This document shows positions 57,792 to 64,000 of a stretch of 64,000 bases of DNA, piece by piece. The DNA is taken from NCBI RefSeq assembly GCF_009914755.1, contig NC_060937.1. One strand, written 5' to 3'. This DNA is from the human T2T-CHM13v2.0 reference genome, Homo sapiens. The first letter of the stretch is position 1. Each line of letters starts with the position of its first letter. The notes beneath the pieces were generated by a model that was given only the letters and a program-made list of their open reading frames with translations, did not search any database and was not told the DNA's origin. The position numbers and the translations under genes are program-made.

Positions 57792-59084
57792 CTCAATATT
57801 CTTATGTAACAACTTTAGTTTGATCAATATTTAATCTTTATATTTTAAAAACTATAGCTATGTTATTTAAATTTGAGTCTTTCAACATGATTCTCTGGCT
57901 TTTACATCACTCTTTTGTTTCCTGTAAAGTTAACAATTGTTTTTATTCTGCTTGATTTTCCCTGTTCCTAGTGCTAATTTATCAACAAACTCCTCACTGC
58001 TGATGTAAAACTTAATTCTATAATGGGCAATTTATTTAGTGCATTTTTTTTTTGAGAAATTTTTCGTGGGTTCTCCTGTCTAATCTCACCTAAACTGATT
58101 TTTCTCTGAGCGTTGTTGCACAGCTTCATCTTGAAGCTTTCATTTACCATAAACCATTGTCGCTCTGTTATATTGGATCTTCTATTTCCTGAAAACCGTG
58201 GCTTCTTCCTTGGTATGCTTCTCTTGGGAGTACGTCTTCTTTCAGCCTCCTTTAAAAGAGTGCGAGTGAGATGATCTTTGTTAAGCTGACATGTCTGAAC
58301 TTGATCTATACTTATGATTAATTAATAGCTTGATGGAGTGCTGAAGCTGAGACTGGAGATAGCTTTTCCTCAGAATGTTGATGATGTTGTTTCCTTTTTG
58401 CTTGCCATCTAGTGTTGTTATTGAGAACTCTAACATCATAATCAATCTCCTCCTTTGTATGTAAACGTTTTTCTCCTGTTAGGGAGTCTTTGGGATCTGT
58501 TCTTTCTACTTGTGGTTCTATAATTTGCCTTGGTGTGGTTTTGTCTTCTATTACTGTTCTGAGCATTTAGTGAGCCCTTTCTATTTGAAAGTTTATGCTC
58601 TCAGTTTTGGAAGTTTTCCTTGATTACTTCTTTAATAATTTTCTATTTTTTTCTTTTTCTATTTCTGAATCCTCTTGTAGTTAGATTTTGCATGCTCTAT
58701 ATTGAAGATTTTGTATGCCTTGTATTGGTAATTTTTAAATATTTTTATTTCCTCTTTTATATTTATCATAATACCTAGTTTCTACTATCATTCTTTGACA
58801 ACTTCTAACCGTTTTAGTTATTTTTCAATAGAAAATCATAAGGCTTTTGTTGTTCTCTGATTTTAAAATTACATCCTAGTTTTTCAATGCAACATAAATT
58901 TTTCTTATTTCCCCAATAATTTTAATAGTAGCTGGTATTGTGTACAATTTTCTTTTCTTTCCAGAATTTCTTCCGTTTTCTCCAATTTTTACTTTTTTTT
59001 ATTCGTTGGTATTGGTATGTCTTTCAGGCTCTTGCATGTCTATCAACCCTTGTGCATCCAATCACTTTTAAGAATGAAGTGCTA

Positions 59085-59377
<293 letters not shown>

Positions 59378-59846
59378 AAGAATGAAGTGCTAAAATGTTA
59401 CATTGGGGCATTTGTTTGGAGTAGGGCAAAACATTTCAACAGGTGGTTTTCATGTCTACATAGTAAAATAATCAAATGCGGATGTAAATATTTTATTGCA
59501 AAGCCCACACATGTTGGTATTTGTGAGTCACTTTTCCTAGGCCAGATTCGCCAAAGAAAACTCCAATTTCCTGCTTCGAGCTTAGAGGAGGGGAAGATAT
59601 TAACTTGGCTTATAGCATTCAGAGATCTCAGAAGGGACAAGTGGCTGGAAACCACTTAATACAGAGCTTTTCCATTGTAATCACTACCCACCTCCACCAC
59701 CCTCACCTAAAACTGGTGACTGATTATTTAAGAATGTTAAATGACTTTGATTATTTAAGAATGTTAGACAATAGCATAGTGAGAACTTGCCGTAAGCTAA
59801 ATATTTTTAACTGCTTTCACACAAATTATCTCAGGTTTCATGTTTA

Positions 59847-60168
<322 letters not shown>

Positions 60169-60794
60169 TAAAGTAGATTGGTAGTTTTTCCATTTTATAC
60201 ATGATGAAAATGATGTTTAGTAAAGTTAGTAAATCCCACTGTCAGTATGTTTGATGTGACCCATGAAGCGAATGGATATTAAGAAAGGCATTACGTGTTT
60301 GGTTGCAGTTTTTGCTTATACCTTTGTTATTATGTCCAATATTATAAATTAAAGCAGAAATCTGAGAGTTTTTACCTATTATCTGTTCAGAAGATATGAC
60401 CCTAACTTTGTATGCAAATACTAAAAGTTCTCGGATAGAAAAGGAAAAGCTGTTCTCACCTTTTTCAGAGTCTCATCTAATCAAATCATGTTTTTCAGTG
60501 TAAACTGGTTAATATAAATATAGGACGATCAACCAAGGAGATATGAGCTGCCACAATATTGATAATCTACATCATTAAGAAATCCTTACTTCAAACAAGT
60601 ACTTAATGCTTTTTTCAATGTTTTAGCCAGATAAGCTCGAGATTTTCCTGTCTTCCTGGAATACTGCTGATTCTGGTCGGGTTTCTATAATATTCTTCTT
60701 GGCCCAATTTCACTACTGGGACTTAGGTCAACCTAATTGTTGTAATTTTAATGACTCTAGTTTACTTGTCTCTGGCTAGTTCAGTGTGCTGTAA

Positions 60795-61545
60795 ACTCTC
60801 CCAGAGATGTGAAGATGAATGAAAACTTCTCTAATTATTTTTGTAGACCAAATATATCATTGGCATCCAAATCTGACAAAGATATTACAAGAAAGAAATA
60901 TTGAAGATCAATATATCTTATTAATATTGATGCAAAATACTAAATATTATATTAGCAAACAGAATTCAAAGTCACATTAAGAGAATCATACGCTATTACC
61001 AAGTTGAATATATTATAGGAATTCAAGGTTGTTTCAAGTAAGTCTATTATATCTCACATAATAATAACATACCAAAAAAAACTTCATAGATGCCAAAAAA
61101 GTCTCCCCAAATTCCACTCATTCCTGATTTTTTAAAAAGACTCAAGGTAATAGAAAACTTTTCTTGGTGTGGTATGATGCCTATATTTAGTTCTAAAGTT
61201 TATTACTTAATGGGGAAACAAGACCTATTTCCACTAAGATAAGAAACAAGGCAAGGATACTCATAGTCTCCAATAAGATAGTTGAATATAAAATTAGTTT
61301 ATTAAATTAAATTTTTGGAATCATATAGTTCCAAAAAATAAGAAAGTACTTACAAATGATGATGCCGTGTCAAAGAAACTCAGAAGCCAATTAATAGCTT
61401 TCATACACACAAAAATAATGAATTTGGTGTTATAATGGTAAGGAAAACTTCACTTATATTGGCAAGAAAGAAGAGTAAAAATTTAGGATAAACTAAATGA
61501 GAAATAGGCAAACCTATATAAGATAAATTTTAAAATATTCCTGAA
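60795..61545 (+). mobile_element. Old LINE-1 ORF2 fragment
   Basis: aatattgatgcaaaatactaaat...ttagcaaacagaattcaa (NIDAKILN...LANRIQ), gaaacaaggcaaggatac. Confidence 0.8.
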
Positions 61546-61549
61546 AGGG

Positions 61550-63850
61550 TGGACTGCCCTTCCTATCTGGCAATAATAAGCTGCCCTGTCCTCTACTTGC
61601 TGGAGTGTTAGAGCAAGTCTTGAGGTGAATCAAGACTTTCACCACCACCCAGCAGTAATGAGGCCACCCTCTCTGTGGTGTCAGTGGAAGCCACAGAGGG
61701 GAAGTAACAAACAGTTTCTGTTCCAGCAAGCCTGAGAGGTATCAGTGACTGCTTGGTTGAGAGCCGGAATTGTCACCACATCCATGAGTAACAAGGAGCT
61801 CCCCACAAACTTGTGTGTCATTAAAGTCAGACTGGGGAACCTAAACTTTTAACCTAGTAAAGAGGCAGCATTCCTTTTTCTACTGCTGGAGTGGTATCAA
61901 AAGAAGACAGCTAAAATAGAAGGTTAAATAAGATCCAGAGATCCATACAATATTAATCAAAATATATGATTCAATAGAAACTACCCTTCTTATGAAGACA
62001 TAGGAAGATCTCAAATAGAATAATAAAAGACAAGTGACAGATGCCAACATCAAGGTAACAGAGGGTTTGGAATTATCTGAAAAAGATATTAAAGCAACCA
62101 TCAGAAAATTTTTAATGAGCAATTACAAACACCCATGAAATAATACTGTAAGCAAAAAATGAAAGATGTAAAGAAAAATAAAACGAAAACTTTATAAATA
62201 AAAAATAAAATAATAAAAAAATGGGATCAACATTAGAATGGATGGGACAAAAATAATTATTGAACTTGAAGATAGAATAATAGAAACCTAATTTGAAAAA
62301 CAGGGAAACAAGTAGACTGAAAAAAAACTTGAACAGACCCTCAGAGATCTGTGGCATTATAACAAAAGCTCTAACATTTGTGTCATCAGATTTCCATAAG
62401 GAGAGGAGGAACAGGGAACGACTGAAAAACTGCTCAAAACAATAATGGCAGAAAACTTTCCCAATTTGCCAAAAGACATAAACATACATTTTCAAAAAGC
62501 TGAGTGAACACCAAACAGAATAGATTGAAATCCACACCAAGGAACATCATAGTCATACTTCTGAAAACTAAAGACAACGAAAAAAACCTTGAAAAACCAT
62601 GAGAGAGAAAAGATACCTTACCTAAAAGGAGTCAACTTAAATGACAGTGGACTTCTCATCAAAAATCTTGGAAGCCAGAAAGCATGTGGCTCAACATTTT
62701 TCAAGTGCTGACAGAAAGCATTTAACCACAAATCCTACATTCAGGAAAAATATTATTCAGGAACTAAGGAAAAATCAAGGCATTCTCAGATACAGAGAAA
62801 CTGAAAATGTGTAACCAGCAGACCAAAAAGAATAGCTAGAGGAAGTTATTTCAACCAAAAGAAAATGTAAAAAATGGAATCTTTGAATACCAAGGGGGAA
62901 GAAAACTATGGAAAGAGCAAAAATATGTGCAAATACGTTCCCTTATTCTCTTGTATTAAATTATGTTTCATGGTTGAAACAAAAATTATACCACTGACAT
63001 GATTTAAAATGTATAAAAAATGTTTAAGACAATTATGATTGGAGGAGATAAAGGGAGTGTTAAAGGACATCAGATTTCTATACTTGATTCAAACCAGTAA
63101 ATATATTCTGGATAATGAAAGCTGATTTCTTGCTGGATGGGGCAGGCATTAAAATAAGGAAGGAGGCAAAGCCAGGATGACCCTTGTGGAATTGTACTGG
63201 AACCAAAAAGACCAATATGTAGTCATGGTGGTTTTTCTTTTTTGTTTTTTTTTTTTAATTTAAATATATACAGTTGGCTATGGGTCTAACTGTGTATGCA
63301 TGTATGTGCTTACATATATTTATTTTCAGGCTTAGATTATTCTTAAAAGAATTGTCCCTAAAAAACAGTGTGCAAATGTAATGCTGAGATATTCATTTAT
63401 AAATACCATTTTCCAATAAATGGAAATAGATGATTCTAGGTCTGAGGTAAGAGGAGAAAGCACAGAATGAGCCTGAAACATCAATCATATAGTTCCAGAA
63501 ACGAAGAAAGTACTTTAAAATGATGATGCCATGTCAAAGGCGCTTGGGAATCGACTTCAAAAAGCAACCAGTGGCCAAATCTGGAACATTTTTAGCCACA
63601 AAATAATGGTGCTAGTAATGTTTTCATTTTTGTTTTTAAAGACAGAGTTCTGCTATGTTACCTGTGAGCCACTGTGCCTTGCTGATAGTAATGTTTTATA
63701 GCCCATAGACCAAAGTAAATATCCATTAGATTGCACTGGGGTTATAAATAATGAATAGATAAATATATAGTAGAGGGAAAAAATAACTATTTTCAATAGT
63801 AGCATTTCAGTATATAAATACAAAAATAATAACTGAAATTAAAATCACCT
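61550..63850 (+). mobile_element. Old LINE-1 (L1MC/L1MD-like) 5'UTR, ORF1 relic and 3'-derived pieces
   Basis: GC-richer 5'UTR-like part; ORF1-like aataatggcagaaaactttcccaatttg (IMAENFPNL) and cacaccaaggaacatcatagtc (TPRNIIV). Confidence 0.75.
63625..63683 (-). mobile_element. Alu/FLAM remnant retaining only both termini
   Basis: T-rich tail + agacagagttctgctatgttacc joined to tgtgagccactgtgccttgct; TSD g(c/a)tagtaatgtttt at 63611-63624 and 63684-63697. Confidence 0.8.
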
Positions 63851-63854
63851 TTTT

Positions 63855-64000
63855 GGCTGGGCGCGGTGGCTCACGCCTGTAATCCCAGCACTTTGGGAGG
63901 CCGAGGCGGGTGAATCACAAGATCAAGAGTTCAAGGCCAGTCTGGCCAAGATGGTGAAACCCCGTCTCTACTAAAAATACAAAAATCAGCTGGGCGTGGT
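63855..64000 (+). mobile_element. AluS (Sg-like), cut by window edge
   Basis: ggctgggcgcggtggctcacgcctgtaatccc...ctggccaagatggtgaaaccccgtctctactaaaaatacaaaaat. Confidence 0.95.

Overview
This is primate (most likely human) genomic DNA: AT-rich, CpG-poor and with no CpG island. It reads as a repeat-dense intronic or intergenic region. Most of the window is interspersed repeat: about 20 Alu/FLAM/FRAM copies, old and young LINE-1 pieces, L2 and MIR relics, two complete LTR-internal-LTR MaLR elements (MSTA-like and THE1D-like), a THE1A solo LTR, MLT1-type relics and a Tigger3b DNA transposon. I could not recognise a host protein-coding gene. The ORFs I could assign are L1 ORF1/ORF2, MaLR-internal or Alu translations, and the rest look like chance. 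A few exon-shaped segments in unique DNA are reported only as low-confidence candidates. I found no evidence of a new multi-gene system. The best-supported oddities are small retrotransposition and rearrangement events: a 78-bp polyadenylated ERV1-LTR fragment with a 12-bp target-site duplication (TSD), a 40-bp L1 tail inside a MaLR provirus inside an older L1, an Alu reduced to its two ends with TSD intact, an LTR apparently split by about 10 kb, and local non-tandem duplications. Repeat subfamily names come from recalled consensus sequences, not from a database search, and boundaries of old repeats are approximate.
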